In this document: in pieces, positions 1 through 13,584 of the stretch
Position numbering within the stretch: the stretch's first letter is position 1
Layout: every line of letters starts with the position of its first letter
Assembly (NCBI RefSeq): GCF_001194135.2
Contig: NC_068991.1
Span: forward strand, 21,659,996-21,721,434
Direction: 5' to 3'
Origin: Octopus bimaculoides
Taxonomy: Eukaryota
DNA length: 61,439 nucleotides
Made by a program: the position numbers and the translations under genes
The notes under the pieces: generated by a model
Database searches by the model: none
Told to the model about the DNA's origin: nothing
The model's input: the letters and a program-made list of their open reading frames with translations, nothing else

Positions 1-165
1 ACGATGGGCTTCTTCCAGTTTCCGTCTACCAAATCCACTCACAAGGCTTTGGTCGGCCCAAGGCTATAGTAGAAGACACTTGCCCAAGGTGCCATGCGGT
101 GGGACTGAACCCGGGACCATGTGGTTGGTAAGCAAGCTACTTACCACACTGCCACTCCTGCACCT
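1..165 (-). mobile_element. tRNA-head SINE (family A), 5' part
   Basis: A box TGGCAGTGTGG and B box GGTTCAGTCC on the minus strand; near-identical to other copies in the window. Confidence 0.85.
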
Positions 166-207
166 AACTTAAAGAATTAATTTGATTTTCATTTTTTCAA
201 TTATTAG

Positions 208-318
208 ATGAAACCCAGCCAGACAAAAACTTCGGTCTATGTGAAAAAAAAATTTGTTTTAATGATGGAGTTTGCTTGAAAAACGAGTTTGGAGTAAAAT
301 ACTGTGTTTGTCCAAGAG
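208..318 (+). CDS. Exon of EGF-repeat single-pass membrane protein (EGF-like domain): xETQPDKNFGLCEKKICFNDGVCLKNEFGVKYCVCPR(G)
   Basis: ttattag acceptor, G|gtatgt donor, 111 nt, phase 1-1, EGF cysteine spacing; joins in frame to the 1774 exon (CPRG|FKGPLC). Confidence 0.9.
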
Positions 319-1773
319 GTATGTAAACCAGTTTGTGGTTATTGTTGTGTTTGCATCCCAAATTAGCCCAGAACATTCATTTTACATGTTTTTCTCCACA
401 GTTAGAAAAATACATTATTGAGAACACTGCTTACAGCAGGATGCTTTTCCTGTCACTTGCACTTACTTTTTTTTCCAAGAGATCTCTTTTTCTGAATGAT
501 TTTGAAGGTGCAAAGTGAATAAAAATGTAAGCTTACACATATATACATATTCACACACATACAAACATACACACACATAATGTGAATATGATGGGTTTCT
601 TTCAATTATCACCTATCAAATCCACTCTTAAGGCTTTGGTCAGCCCAAGGCTACCATAGAAGACACTTTCCCAAGATGTAATACAGTGGTACTGAACCTG
701 AAGTCAAGTGGTTGGATAGCAAATGAGGACTATATTGTGGACAAGAATGGACCATGGTAATCTGAGTCAATTCTAATTCAGAGCTGCTATAACCTCCAAG
801 ATGGGTTGGAAGATCAAATTTTGCTCCTATATTTCATTTTTTGACTTGGTTTCTATGGCTGGATACCATTTTACAGTAAGTACCTGGTGTATTACCTATT
901 ACCAACACCAGAGAGGCTGTCATGTCTAAAGACTTCTTTTGACTCTATATTGTCTCTGCTTGTTCACTAACCGTTTTGCAGAATGTACTGGGCACATTTT
1001 ATCTATGTGCCAACACAGGGACCATGCGGGTTGAATTTTGTTACAGTAACTGTTTTGTTCCCATTTGCATGTTCAGCTGTTCTATTTTGAATATTTGTGT
1101 TCCCTTTGAAGATGATCAGTGAACAGCCTGCACTAGTGGTGCATAGCTTAGTAGTTTTGGGGGAAATATTTAAGCTCCAAGCAACACTAGTATAATCCAT
1201 GTTAGGTCAAATACATCATTTTTATATTAGAGTATTCCCAGATTTTAGAATAGATACACCACATCTCTGCATGTTGTAAGAAGCAACTAAATGGATTGGA
1301 AAACAGGACATCCAGTTGTAAAACACTGCTTTGATAAAAAATTATCCAACACATACCAGCATAGAAGAATGGATATAAAATATTGATGCTGACAATGGTG
1401 TTCCTTTGCACTGACCAAATATGGTGCTTGTGAGTTCCACAAGTTTGTGATTTCTTCAATGTATTTTGCAAATATTGCAGAAATTTGTAGCATTTTGGTT
1501 GCACATGCATGCGTGTGTGCATGTATGTATGCATGCAGGGTGTGTTTATGTAGCTGAGTAACATTACTGGCAATTAAGAAGAAGGTGGATTTGGTAAATA
1601 TTGTATAAAAATGTTCATTCTGATTTTAGGTAGTCTGAGATAGCTGAGTAACAATCCCTCTTATTTTAAATTCACAAGGTGCAGGCATCCAACAACAGGT
1701 GTTTTACCCAATGATGGCAACAGCCCTATTTTTAATAGTTACTTTGTATTTCTGTTTCTTATATTTCTTTAAG

Positions 1774-1908
1774 GTTTTAAAGGACCATTGTGCAAAACTA
1801 ACATTGATGATTGCACACCAAACCGATGCCAAGGCAATGGAACCTGCATTGACCAAATTGATAATTTTCATTGCCGCTGTCCAAGCTGGTTAACAGGGCA
1901 ACTCTGTG
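1774..1908 (+). CDS. Exon, calcium-binding-type EGF domain: (G)FKGPLCKTNIDDCTPNRCQGNGTCIDQIDNFHCRCPSWLTGQLC
   Basis: tttctttaag acceptor, G|gtaagt donor, 135 nt, phase 1-1; NIDDC..C..C.D..N.F.C.C pattern typical of Notch/Crumbs/fibropellin-type EGF repeats. Confidence 0.92.
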
Positions 1909-2139
1909 GTAAGTCTTTGTTTAATTTCAGAAAGACACAAAAGCTGTAATTGATTGCTTTTAAGTTTTCTAAAAGTAATTTTTTAATTCTCTGTTCAAAA
2001 CCTATCCTTAGCCAGTTCTATTCACTAACACACCATTAAAACCCCATCATACTATTCTATTTATGATCATACCACGATACCCTTATCATACCATTCTATT
2101 CACTATCATATTACTCACATATATGCATACAAACATACG

Positions 2140-2365
2140 AGCTGACAGTATCGTTAGCACGTCGGACAAAATGCTTTGCAGTATCTCATCCATCTATACG
2201 TTCTGAGTTCAAATTCTGCCGAGGTCGACTTTGCCTTTCATCCTTTCGGGGTCGATAAATTAAGTACCAGTTACGCACTGGAGGTCAATGTAATCGACTT
2301 AATCCCTTTGTCTGTCCTTGTTTATCCCCTCTATGGTTAGCCTCCTGTGGGCAATAAAGAAATAT
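2140..2365 (+). mobile_element. SINE with Deu/Nin-type central domain (family B)
   Basis: B box gagttcaaattc followed by gaggtcgactttgcctttcatcctttcggggtcgataaattaagtaccag, resembling the Deu/Nin domain. Confidence 0.8.
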
Positions 2366-3341
2366 ACATATATACATACATACATACATAAACACATAAG
2401 CACACACACTCTCTCACCACCATAGATCAAATTGACTAGGACTTTAAGTTTTGCCTATTAGCTTGTTCAACGGTTGAAAAAGCTGCTTGACAAAACTCAG
2501 TCTTCACAAAAAAATTTAGCATAGTCATACCATCAGTGAATGCTCAATTGTTATCCTTAAAACTGTCTTAAAATAATAACATTAACATTTACATCATAGA
2601 ATCACTGCATGTTATGGTTTAACCTTTCACCAGTCCAAAGTATTTTCATAAGTTTGTCCACAACATCCACGCATATATTTAGACTTTTAATTAGCCCTTG
2701 CTTCATATTTTCTGAGTAATATAAAGCTTTCCATTCATAAGTCCCAAATTATTCTGTTTGTTGAAAAAAAAAACAAAAAGAAATGTGTATTATGTGTGAT
2801 ACATGGACATCAGTGAAATATGTCCTATGTGATACACATGACAGGCAAAGAGTTAATATCAGAAATAGACTGTTACTGACAAGCCATTCATGCAGTCCCA
2901 GATCTTACAGTTAAACAATTTGAGGTGTTTGTGTACTGCTCCAGTAGTTCCAAGTGGGTGAAAATTTATGTCATTATAGTTTAGTAATGTAGTGACTTCA
3001 CTCTCACAGTGTGCACCATAAAAATTCAAGGTGGCAAAACTGCCAGAGTTATCTGAGCATCAGGTGGAATACCTTGTGATATTTATTCTGTCTCTTTGTA
3101 TTCTGAGTTCAAATCCTGCTGTCACCTACTTATAGATAATGGACTTAATTTGTTACACTGTTTTAACACTACTGCTTGACACCTTTGGTACCTTTAGTGG
3201 CAGAATGAGATAACTGTGCATGGCTGTTTGAATGCTGACAATTTGGCATGGCTGACTGAACATTCAATGTTTTGGCAACAGTACTTTTTGGTACTGGAGA
3301 CAAACATACAGAGAGAGAGAGGGGAGGAGGGAAAGAGACAG

Positions 3342-3376
<35 letters not shown>

Positions 3377-3660
3377 TTAAAATGTCTAATGTCAAATAAA
3401 TTGGCATTGAATCAATGATGCCAAAATGACTCATACCACTTTAGTGGGGCCTGCTTTGCTGCGTCTAAGTCAGGTCTTCAGTTTGAAAATACATTCCTCC
3501 CCTCCCTGCCATCAGTCTCAGCGGCCTTATAAAGGGTCACGAGCACTGCCCTCCCTCTTGACGAAATGATAAAACAAAGTTTGATCTTATTCTTATCCTT
3601 CAATTATGCAGTTATTTCAACATTCTTTTTCATATTCTGGTATTTTCATTTGATTACAAG

Positions 3661-3875
3661 AAACCAAAATTGGTCCCAAACCACTGATCGATGGAGTGGC
3701 CTCAACTGGTATTGATGGCAGTACCTTGGCAGTTCTTCTGTTGCTCTTCTATGGTATAGCTTTCATCATCATAATCATTGCTTGCATATGGACACGCAAA
3801 GAACGGAGACATCCAAGAGACTTCTGTTTCGAAATCCCTCTCAATAAATATTACAACATATCTGATTTAATGTAA
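3661..3875 (+). CDS. Juxtamembrane, TM and cytoplasmic-tail exon: (E)TKIGPKPLIDGVASTGIDGSTLAVLLLLFYGIAFIIIIIACIWTRKERRHPRDFCFEIPLNKYYNISDLM*
   Basis: gattacaag acceptor, phase 1 matches the previous exon; 22-aa hydrophobic helix followed by basic TRKERRH; TAA at 3873-3875 (alternative end discussed in findings). Confidence 0.85.
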
Positions 3876-4663
3876 TAATAATAACAATAATAATAAATAC
3901 ATAATTTCTTATCCATGTTTTCTTTTCACCAGACCGAACTTCAACTCTGTGAGTGAAAGGATTTTGATATAGGTATGAAGATCTTTACAGTCTATCAGAA
4001 TCAAGGAGCTCTCGCAATATGATAATGAGAGCTATACAGAGACAGACAGAGAGTTAGCTGTCTGTCTTGCTCACTTCACCTCTATTCCAAGATAGCTCTG
4101 TTGTATGTGTTAGATGTGATGTGTGCATGCGAAAGTTTCCCTATGGCTAGTTACACTTAATATCTTAGTTTTCAACTATTTTTGTTTAAAGAACTACTTT
4201 TGATCTTGTAAAATCACTAATACCACACCAAGTGAAGCTGTTTTCCCCTTACACCATCTATATTAATCTTTATTGTAAAGCAAAGATAAAGGTTATTTAA
4301 AGCCCAAGAATGTGCAACAATCTCTTTTGAGAGCCACTGGCTTAGATAGATAGATACACAAACAAGCACACAGGCAGGCAGACAAATAGATAGATTAACT
4401 GGAAAAGTAAATTCACCCATATAATCAGATTCATCACCATCATTTTAGCATCCATCTTACCATGCTTGCAAGAGTTAGATGGAATTTGTTGAGACAGCTT
4501 TTCTATGATGACCATATGCTCACCTGTTTCCAAGCAAGGAAATGTTTCCCATGGCCAAATATTGTTTTCCAAAGGAGCCTGGAAATGAACAACATTGTTT
4601 CTATGATGGTCATGTTCATTTACAACCATCACATATCAAGACAAAAATACACATACATATATA

Positions 4664-4863
4664 CAAGGGGTGCTGAAAAGTTTCTGGTTTTGGGCAAAAG
4701 AGAATATAGGAGGATCAGTTAAGTATGATTTTATTCAATATATTCCCTTCTCAGATACACACACTTATTGCAGTGGTCCTTCAGTTTCTCTAAGACCTGT
4801 AAAAGAACTCAACCAGGCCTTTTGCAATGCACTTAAGGCCAGGAACTTTTCAGCACCTTCTCA
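4664..4863. mobile_element. Mariner-type MITE
   Basis: TIRs caaggggtgctgaaaagtt.ctgg / ccaggaacttttcagcacc, TA flanks; second copy at 28918-29134. Confidence 0.8.
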
Positions 4864-5650
4864 TATATACATTTCTCTTGTGTATACAGTTAAATGTACA
4901 ACTGGTACTGGTGAGTTTAGAGCTCCATATAGATTATCATCATCCAGTCTGCTTCCAGTAAAGTTCTATGGTTACTGCTATACTTAGTGATGTTACTAGT
5001 TATGATATGCAGTAATGCCTTGATATACAAGTTAATTTGTTCCCAGTGACTGCTCGTAAAGCAAAAACTCATAAAGCAGAGCAATAATCTCCCATAGTAA
5101 CAATGTTACAAATCGTAATGCGTTCCTAGAAAAATATTCTACCTATAAAAATTCATAATACTCGTAAATAAATGGCAATAAAACAACAGTAGAACAAAAA
5201 GAATATTTTATGTAAAGTAAAAAAAGAATGTCAAGATCATTTATAATAAAAAATTATTATTATTATAATTGTTTTCTGAATCACTTTCACTCACACTAGA
5301 CTCACACACACCATCATTTGTAGATGTGATTACCGATTCACAAGCACTCATAGACAGACTGCCATGCCTAGCAGAGCTGCACAAACAAAGATGCCACTTC
5401 CTACAAACAGAATAGGATCACAGGAGCACAAAGAAAACATGAGCTGTGCAAGTCCAGAGCCAACACCTTGCTTTCATTCCCAGCAGACCACTAGTGTCCA
5501 ACCTGCAACATAACCTTGCAAGAAACACCATGACCCATATTCTTCTCCCATGTGATGTCCTTGATTGTCATTGACAACAACAGACAATCATTATATAGGT
5601 ACATAGTTAGTGAGATAAATAAATTGAGCAACAAATGCAGTATTTGTAAT

Positions 5651-6276
5651 GAACAATAGTTAGAACATCCAACCTAAATTGAATGCGTTGCTTATAATGC
5701 TTTAATCTGCTATAAACATCCAGAGATATCATCCTGCATTGACAATGCACACTAATTAAGCACCGACTATATTGATTGATGAAATCATTTGTACCAGTGG
5801 ATGGCACTACAGGTTTTACATGATTTCACTGTTAGTTCTGAATCAACAGCAACAAACAGTCTTGCACTGAATGCTAGAACAAAAATTAGTTCAACCAATA
5901 TATAATGGCCAGTCAACACATCCAATTTAGGTTGGATGTGCTAATTATTATTGGTTACAAACACTGCTCCTGTAGCTAATAGCTAATTTATACATAACCT
6001 GCCAGCTTTTCATAACACCACTGGCTATCAGTTTGAGTGATTTTTGTTCTGGCATTCGGTACAAGGCTGGCTATTGATGATGATCTACAACTAACAGTGA
6101 AATCATTTTATATAGTAATGCCATCCACTGGTGCAAACGATTGTTTCATCAACCAATGTAGTCGATGCTTAATTAGCACGTCATCAATACAAGAGGGTAT
6201 CTCTGGTTGTTTACAGCAGTTTAAATCCATTTTAAACAACACATCCAATTTAGGTTGGATATACTAATTATTATTC
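5651..6276. repeat. Diverged inverted duplication, arms 5651-5837 and 6089-6276
   Basis: Arms are reverse complements; ORF-track entries 5607-5807(-) and 6037-6267(+) are paralogous. Confidence 0.85.
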
Positions 6277-6317
<41 letters not shown>

Positions 6318-6896
6318 TAATAATGGTCGCACCCATCAGTTTCAATGTATGAGTGTTTGAAGGAGAGGACTTAAAGAGAGTAATAGAAAGAGAGAATAAA
6401 AAAAGACTAAGAAGCTACATCTATTTGCAATGGATGCATGAATATAATTTCAGTCCAGGTATGGATTTTGTTATGAAGTCGCAATGGAGACAGTGACGAT
6501 TTTGATTTTGCCTGGGATTGGGCAAGTGCGTCTGTTGATTGCAGGATATAGTTCTTCTATTGTTCTTTTTCTTCAACTCAAATTGTTTAGATGCATCATG
6601 ATTCATTTTACACCAAGCAGATCGATCTAGGCAAAGACTTTCCCAAAATGTCAGGTTAAGTTGTAGAGATTTTTAGGAATTGCTTCAACTTACCCTTACT
6701 CCTAAAAAGACTTTGCCACAATATCTCTCCACTTGTTGGCCATTCTAATACCTCTTAGAGGTGTGGGTTTGATTCCCATGTGTACTAATACCCATTTTTT
6801 TTTCTGTTGAGAACTTATATGCCCCAATATTAGACTATTTTCTATAACCAATACATAGTGAATGCTTATAATTATTTACAGAATTTTCATTCGTCA

Positions 6897-7185
6897 GCGA
6901 GATCGTTGCCAGTACCGCTGGACTGGCTCCTGTGCAGGTGGCACGTAAAATACACCATTTCGAGCGTGGCCATTGCCAATACCGCCTGACTGGCCTTCAT
7001 GCCGGTGGCACGTAAAAGCACCCACTACACTCTCGGAGTGGTTGGCATTAGGAAGGGCATCCAGCTGTAGAAACTCTGCCAAATCAGATTGGAGCCTGGT
7101 GTAGCCACCTGGTTCACCAGTCCTCAGTCAAATCGTCCAACCCATGCTAGCATGGAAAGCAGACGTTAAACGATGATGATGATGC
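6897..7185 (+). mobile_element. SINE-like element with RTE-type 3' tail (family C)
   Basis: Internal ~60-bp tandem units, gttggcattaggaagggcatccagctgtag motif and (GAT)n tail. Confidence 0.8.
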
Positions 7186-7499
7186 ATATATATACACACA
7201 CACATGAGTTTCTCCAATTTCTATCCACCAGATCTACTTACAAGGTTTTGGCTGACCAAGGACTATAGTAGAGGACACTTGCCCAAAGTGTTACAGAGTG
7301 GGACTGAACCTGAGACCACATGGTTGAAAAGCAAGCTTTATCAAGCACACAGCTACACCTGTAATTCTATTCTAAGACAGAAACAAGATGAATAGACAGA
7401 GAACAAATCCATCACTGAAAATCAAAGCTAACAAAATAAAAGATAAATAAATAACACAACTCAATCTGTCTGCAATAAATATAAAAATAGTTTAATAAA

Positions 7500-8045
7500 C
7501 AATGGAAAAATAGGTTGAAGCCATTTTTGGTTTTGGTGTGTGTGTGTGTATGTGTGTAGCAGAAGTAATAGTAGAGCTTATGTGTGTGAGGTTGGTCTGC
7601 ATGTGAGTGTGTTATGTCTCTGTAGAACAGGGTGTTGGTGTGTGTATGTATGTCTGTGAGAGTATCTGTGGTAAGGTTAATGTATATGTAGTTACAGTGG
7701 TGTTTTGTGTGTGCATGTGTATGTTGTAGGTGAGCACTCACCTGAAGACAGATGTTGGTGTTTTGGCTGTTGTATGTAGTGGCATTAAGATACCTCTATG
7801 GCAGTTGCTGCTGCTGGTGTTGTTGTTGTTGTTTGAGACGTGGAGAGAGTGTGACACCCCAGGGTTGAGGTGGCGGGGAGTTGTAATTGCTGCCATTGAG
7901 TATCAGAAGTGTTGAGGGTGTGACACCCTGAGGGCAGTTGCTGCTGCGAGTGTTGTTGTTGCTGTAATTATCTCAGGTGTAAATACCTGAAGGGCAGTTG
8001 TAGTAGTAGTAGTAGTAGCTGTCATTATGACTGTTCATATAGTTT

Positions 8046-8081
<36 letters not shown>

Positions 8082-8720
8082 GTTTGAAGAGGGGTATAGG
8101 TGAGGGGGGAGGAGAGAGAGCAGGGAAGAGGTGGGAGGGGGTGGCAGTGAGTGCAATTGCTGAAGCTTTGAGTATTGCATACAGTGAAGGGGAGAGGGGT
8201 AGCATTAACACCTGAGTACAGTTGTTGCATTAGGTTCAACATGTGTGTGCATGTGTGTGTGTGGAGGGGTGGGGTGGATCAGAAGATGTCACCTGAGAAC
8301 AGCTGGTTGTTGATGCTGATGATGTTTTTTGTTTGTTTGTTTTGTACTTATAGAATTATGGTGGTGGTGGTGTTGTTGTTGTTGTGGTTGTGGTGGTGGT
8401 GATGGTGTGGTTGTCCCTGCATTCATAGTTGTAGCAACAGAAATTTGTTGTTGATGTTGTTGTTGTTGTTGTCACTTATATGCATTTTTAGCAATACAGC
8501 TGTAGCTGCTGTTTGTTGCAGTGTTGCTGCTGCATTTTTTTACGTTTATTCTTTACATAGTTGTTGTTGTTGTTGCTTCTTTTGTAAGAGCTGTTGTTGT
8601 TGTGGTAGATATTGCTGTTGTTAATTATTGTCCTTCATAAGACTGCGATTGTAGTTGTTTGTGGTTTTTATAGTTGCAGTTGTTGTTGTTGTTGTTGTTG
8701 TAGCAAATGTCTTTTGGCAG
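7500..8720 (+). repeat. G+T-skewed low-complexity tract: (GT)n, (GTT)n, (GTA)n, (GCT)n
   Basis: Directly visible; lies just downstream of the STYX stop. Confidence 0.85.
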
Positions 8721-8859
8721 TTAAAGTTGTTGTTTGCTGCTAAATCACAACATCCAGAAATTGGAGAGAAAAAAAAAAAATTAAAAAAAAAAAAGCAACA
8801 AGCTGGATCATTCCCGTTGAGGTGAGACCATTAGTCACAGCAATCAGCTGGACAATAAT

Positions 8860-8888
8860 TCAGTCTTCATATTTTCTCTTTAAAAGAC
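8860..8888 (-). CDS. STYX: STYX last coding exon (G-LLKRKYED*)
   Basis: gtccttcag acceptor, phase 1, TGA at 8862-8860; LKR motif as in the STYX C-terminus. Confidence 0.85.
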
Positions 8889-11800
8889 CTGAAGGACAAT
8901 ACAAACACCACAGATTAAAATTATCGAAAAACTGACAAAACTAAAAACAAAATGTAATTTTCTTTACTTTAATTATGCTTTTTTTGGTTTTAATTTTTAT
9001 AAACTTCAAATTCATTATCATTTTAATGTCCAATTTTCTACACCTGCATGGGTTAGACAGAGTTAATGAGGCAAATTTTCTGTGGCTAGAATCCCCTCCT
9101 CTCACCAACCCTCATTTGTTTCTAAGCAAGGCAATATTCCACCATGGCCAGACATGTTCTTAGAGAATACTGGAAATGAATGACACTGATCATATGACAG
9201 TAACACTCATTCACACCTATCATAATTAAGTAAACCTGTCTCCTAGCTTCCCTTCTGGTGATCTGATACAGTTCCCTGCTACCACCACGCTTCTAGTCCT
9301 TCCATGCCTGTTTCTTTTCCCTAATGAGCCTGTCAACTACATTGTTCCACCACCATGTTACCTCAGGTCGAGAGGGAACTTTGCACCAGCTACAGATCTG
9401 GTCAGTAGCCTTTAACAGGTTATCCCATAAGAACCTCCAGTTGTCCTCCACATTATGTGATGCTACATCCTCCTCTTTTTCGTCAAAAGCTTCAAGTTAT
9501 ACATCTCTAAATTACTGTCCATTCACAGGATCTTTAAGCCTCCAGGCCCTTCTTTTCCATGCTGGTCATCTTCTGGGCAGCCGTTTAGCCCTGATCCTGA
9601 AGTCGCTAACTACTAACCTATGTCGTGGGGTGCATTCTTCACCTGAGAAAGTTTTGGCATTTATAAGTAGCTGTCTTTCTCATTTCCTGGCGAGAATGTA
9701 GTCAATCTGACAAGTGTACCCACCAGACTGGTAGGTGAACAGGTGATTGGCAGGTTTCCTGGAGTTAATATTACAGATCATAAGATCATTTGCATCACAG
9801 AACTCCAGCAGCTTGGTTCTCTCCTCATTGTGGGAACCAAATCTATCGCTACCAAGTACACCATGGGAGCTCCCTGGACGTTGTCCAACAAGCCTGTTGA
9901 AGTTGCCAGCCACAAAAAGAAGGTCCTTGTCATTTGTTGATGAGACAGTCTGCAAGAGGGTGTCATAAAATCAGTCTTTCTGTTTGTCAGGTAGACCTGG
10001 GTGAGATAATGGTTGCTAACCCATGTTGCAGTACTAGTCTAAGTTTAAGTATTCTATCACAGACTCTGACTACCTCGATTACTTTAACCCATTTCTCTGT
10101 AAGGAGTATAGAAGGACTAAAAGTGTGTTTGTGTATAGCACCCATGTTTTAACATTACATGATAATTGTAAATGAGCATCACTATCATACAAGTTATGTT
10201 GTTTGTTTCCAATCTTACATGAAAAAGATGTCTGACCATGGGAATATATGTAACTTGCTTGGAAACAAGTCAGAGAGTGGTCGTTGGGAGGGCATTCAGC
10301 CATAAAAAAATCTGCCTCAACAAATTCCATCTGACCCATGCATCATACAAAAGTGAACGTTATCATGATGATGATGCTACAGGCTTGTGTTAACATAAAC
10401 AATGAAAGTAAAGATAAAATTCTAGATAAAAGTTTACTGTTAACCTCTCAAATAATGGTTACTGCTCTTGTATAAATTAATAGGTGAAGAGATATATAAA
10501 TTTAAAAAGAAATTTCAAATATATTTTAAAAAATGCGAATTCTTAAAACTTACCTATTTCTGCTGACCTTTGTCCATTCATCTGAGACATACGGGCTCTG
10601 TATATGGGTTCAAATTCCTGTTAGAAGTCAAAATTAAATCAAAATAATTTACATCAAGAACATTTTTCTTCCTTTTTTTTTAGTTGCTTTATTTTAATTT
10701 CTTCTGCTCTTTTAAATTAAGATAAAACTAATATGTAGAAGTGTTTGGCTGTTTAAGTAGAGCATCTTAAGTATAATCAACCCTAAATTAGTGTCATGAA
10801 AACCTTTGCAATAAATAAATATATTCCACACAAAGCTCATTATCAGAACCAAGGCCCCAGGTCCTATGGTAAAGCTGGTCAACATAGTTAACTAGGGCCT
10901 GGCTCATAGAAGGATTTGAACTTAAATTAACAGCTAGATAGTACCAGTCAAGAAGTGTTTCTCTGCCGTAGACACAGTAGATAGTGAATTAAGAGAGACA
11001 AAAGCACATTGGATAAAATTGACTTGCAGTATTTGTTTCCACTCTCTGTGCTCAAAGTGCAGATCACACTGAGGTCAGTCTTGTCCTTTTAGAATAAAAA
11101 AAAAGAAAAATTACCAATCCAGGGCAGTAGATTAGTGGGACTGCTAAAATGTCAGACAGGATTCTTTGCTGTATTTGTTCCAGCTCTTTGCATTCTCAGT
11201 TCAAATCACATCAACTGCTTACATTGGTGGTAGACATCATTCATTGCATGACTTAACACTACCACCAACCACCATGTTGGATGCCCTTAACAGAGTTCAC
11301 TCTGTTGCAAACATTTGGGCTAAGTTACTAGTTTCAGGATACTTTCTATCCTTCCTCCCTCCAACCTGCCTCAGAGACCTTGTAAAGGATCACCAGCACT
11401 ATCATCCTTCCTGATGAAAAGATAACAGAAAGTAGCACAACTCCAGTTCAAGAGGTATCGGCCTTAAATTGCTGTTCAGCTGGTAGTTTGACATTCTTCA
11501 GTTAACGAGCTGTGAACAGTAATTCATTGTCATTGTCATTAATGCTTTGTCAACCCTGATCAAAGATATTCCACATTTTACCATTCTTATATCTAAGACT
11601 ATATTAACCAAAACATTTTTGCTTATTTAAGATGGCAGGGTATGCTTTGAAGGAACTGTAGCTACTATTTCTTATTTCTTTATTGCCCACAAGGGGCTAA
11701 AGATAGATAGGACAAACAAGGACAGACAAAGGGATTAAGTCGATTACATCGACCCCAGTGCCTAACTGATACTTAATTTATAGACCCCGAAAGGATGAAA

Positions 11801-13549
11801 GGCAAAATCGACCTCGGCGGAATTTGAACTCAGAATGTAACGGCAGACAAAATACTGCTAAGCATTTCACCGGGAGTGCTACCGTTTCTGCCAGCTCGCC
11901 GCCTACTATTTCTAGCAGATGGAATGACTACTATGTACATGGTGGTATTAACCTTAATGGCAATGGCTAGCAATTTTGTGGGCAGTGGAGGAGGTGGTGT
12001 TGCTGGTGGTGACAGTGATAGTGTTAAATACAGTACTGATAACACGATTTTTGTCCTTGGGTAGCAACTGCTTTTCCTATTTGCTTACTCCTAGAAAGTA
12101 TGAAAGTATGAAAATGCTTTTGTAACATTTATTTCAACCCTAAAGAATCCCTCTCAACACATGGCTATCATGCTTCCCCACTACTCTTGCTCGTGATCAG
12201 AGATCCACATATTGTCAGCCACTAAGGGACATGTTCATGTAGTTAAGATCAAACAACTGACAAGCAAACACATCTGTGGTATTGGGCAGAATATGTTATA
12301 ACAATATTTCTGCTTCAGCAACTCAGCACTGAATCTGTCTGAAATGTAATGGGAAATAGGTCAGTTTCAAAACATTGACGTCCAGGTCACAAAAGCAAAG
12401 TTTCAAACAAATAGTAGACATTTCTTTTGATTCCTAGATAGAAGCAAATAGGAAATAACACTTACTGACCAAAGACAAAAAAAAACCCCAAAAATTTTGT
12501 TACACAGTGAAATGCTTGTATTAGTGATATTACAGATTATGGTAGTGATAGTGTTCAATCAGTAGTAATGCTGGTATTAGTGATATTACTGGGTGATAAT
12601 GATAACATTGAATACAACAGTGATAATGTTAGTATTAGTAGATTTTAGAGATATTATGAGTAATGGTGATGATAATGTTGGATACAGCATTGATAGTGTT
12701 GATAAGGTCCTAATATTTTGTATTAGGAAGGTTAAATTTTACAATTCATTTTGGTGGATGGGTGGAGGGAGTCACCTAAATTGGAGAAAGACTAATGAAG
12801 AAGTTAACATTTCCATTGAAATGCTGTCTTCTCAGACTGCTACTCTTATTTTATTGACACTAGAGAGATGAAAAACAAAGTTCACCTTAGTGGGATTTGA
12901 ATTCAAACTGTAAAGAGCCAGAAAAAAAATAGTGAATTTGAATTCCCTGAAACAATAATAATGATGATGGCAGACAAAAACAAAAAAAAGTTGGGAGGAA
13001 TGGAGAGAAAGAGAAACATGAAGCTACTAGTTATTCTGTTACTTACCATGAGCTGTCGTACAAAGCCTTCATTTGGATTTATACAGAACCGTCTTAGCTG
13101 TACATGAGAGGAGGCTTGGCTGTAAAGAGGTAGAAGCAATATCATGACTTTACATGTTATCAAACATTGGACTTTGCAACTGACATAAGCAGTGTCATCA
13201 CACTGATATAAAATCTCCTTCCACCCTCTCAAATACTCCCCCACTTAGTCAAGGGGGCTTTCCTTTTCTTTCATCTTTCCTGTCTTGCAAGTTACTCGGC
13301 AACTTAAGTGTTATTTGCACAAGAAAAAAAATAAAAACACCAGTACACACTGNNNNNNNNNNGCACAAGAAAAAAAATAAAAACACCAGTACACACTGTA
13401 AAGTGGTTGGCATTAGGAAGAGCATCCAGCCTTAGAAACCATGCCAAAGCTGACAGAGCACAATGCAGTCTTTGGACCCATCAGATCCATCCAACTGTCC
13501 AACCCATGTAGCAATGCAGTCCATACACACATACAATCAGCTTTTCCTC

Positions 13550-13584
<35 letters not shown>

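Noticed and set aside
7740-8720. Possible polyQ or mucin-like coding exon on the minus strand
   Set aside because: Frequent stops in all frames and it lies beyond the STYX stop codon
13317-13398. Direct repeats flanking 10-N gaps (also at 21785, 23066, 37580 and 41986)
   Set aside because: Identical sequence on both sides of a fixed 10-N spacer indicates unmerged contig overlaps, not real duplications or TSDs
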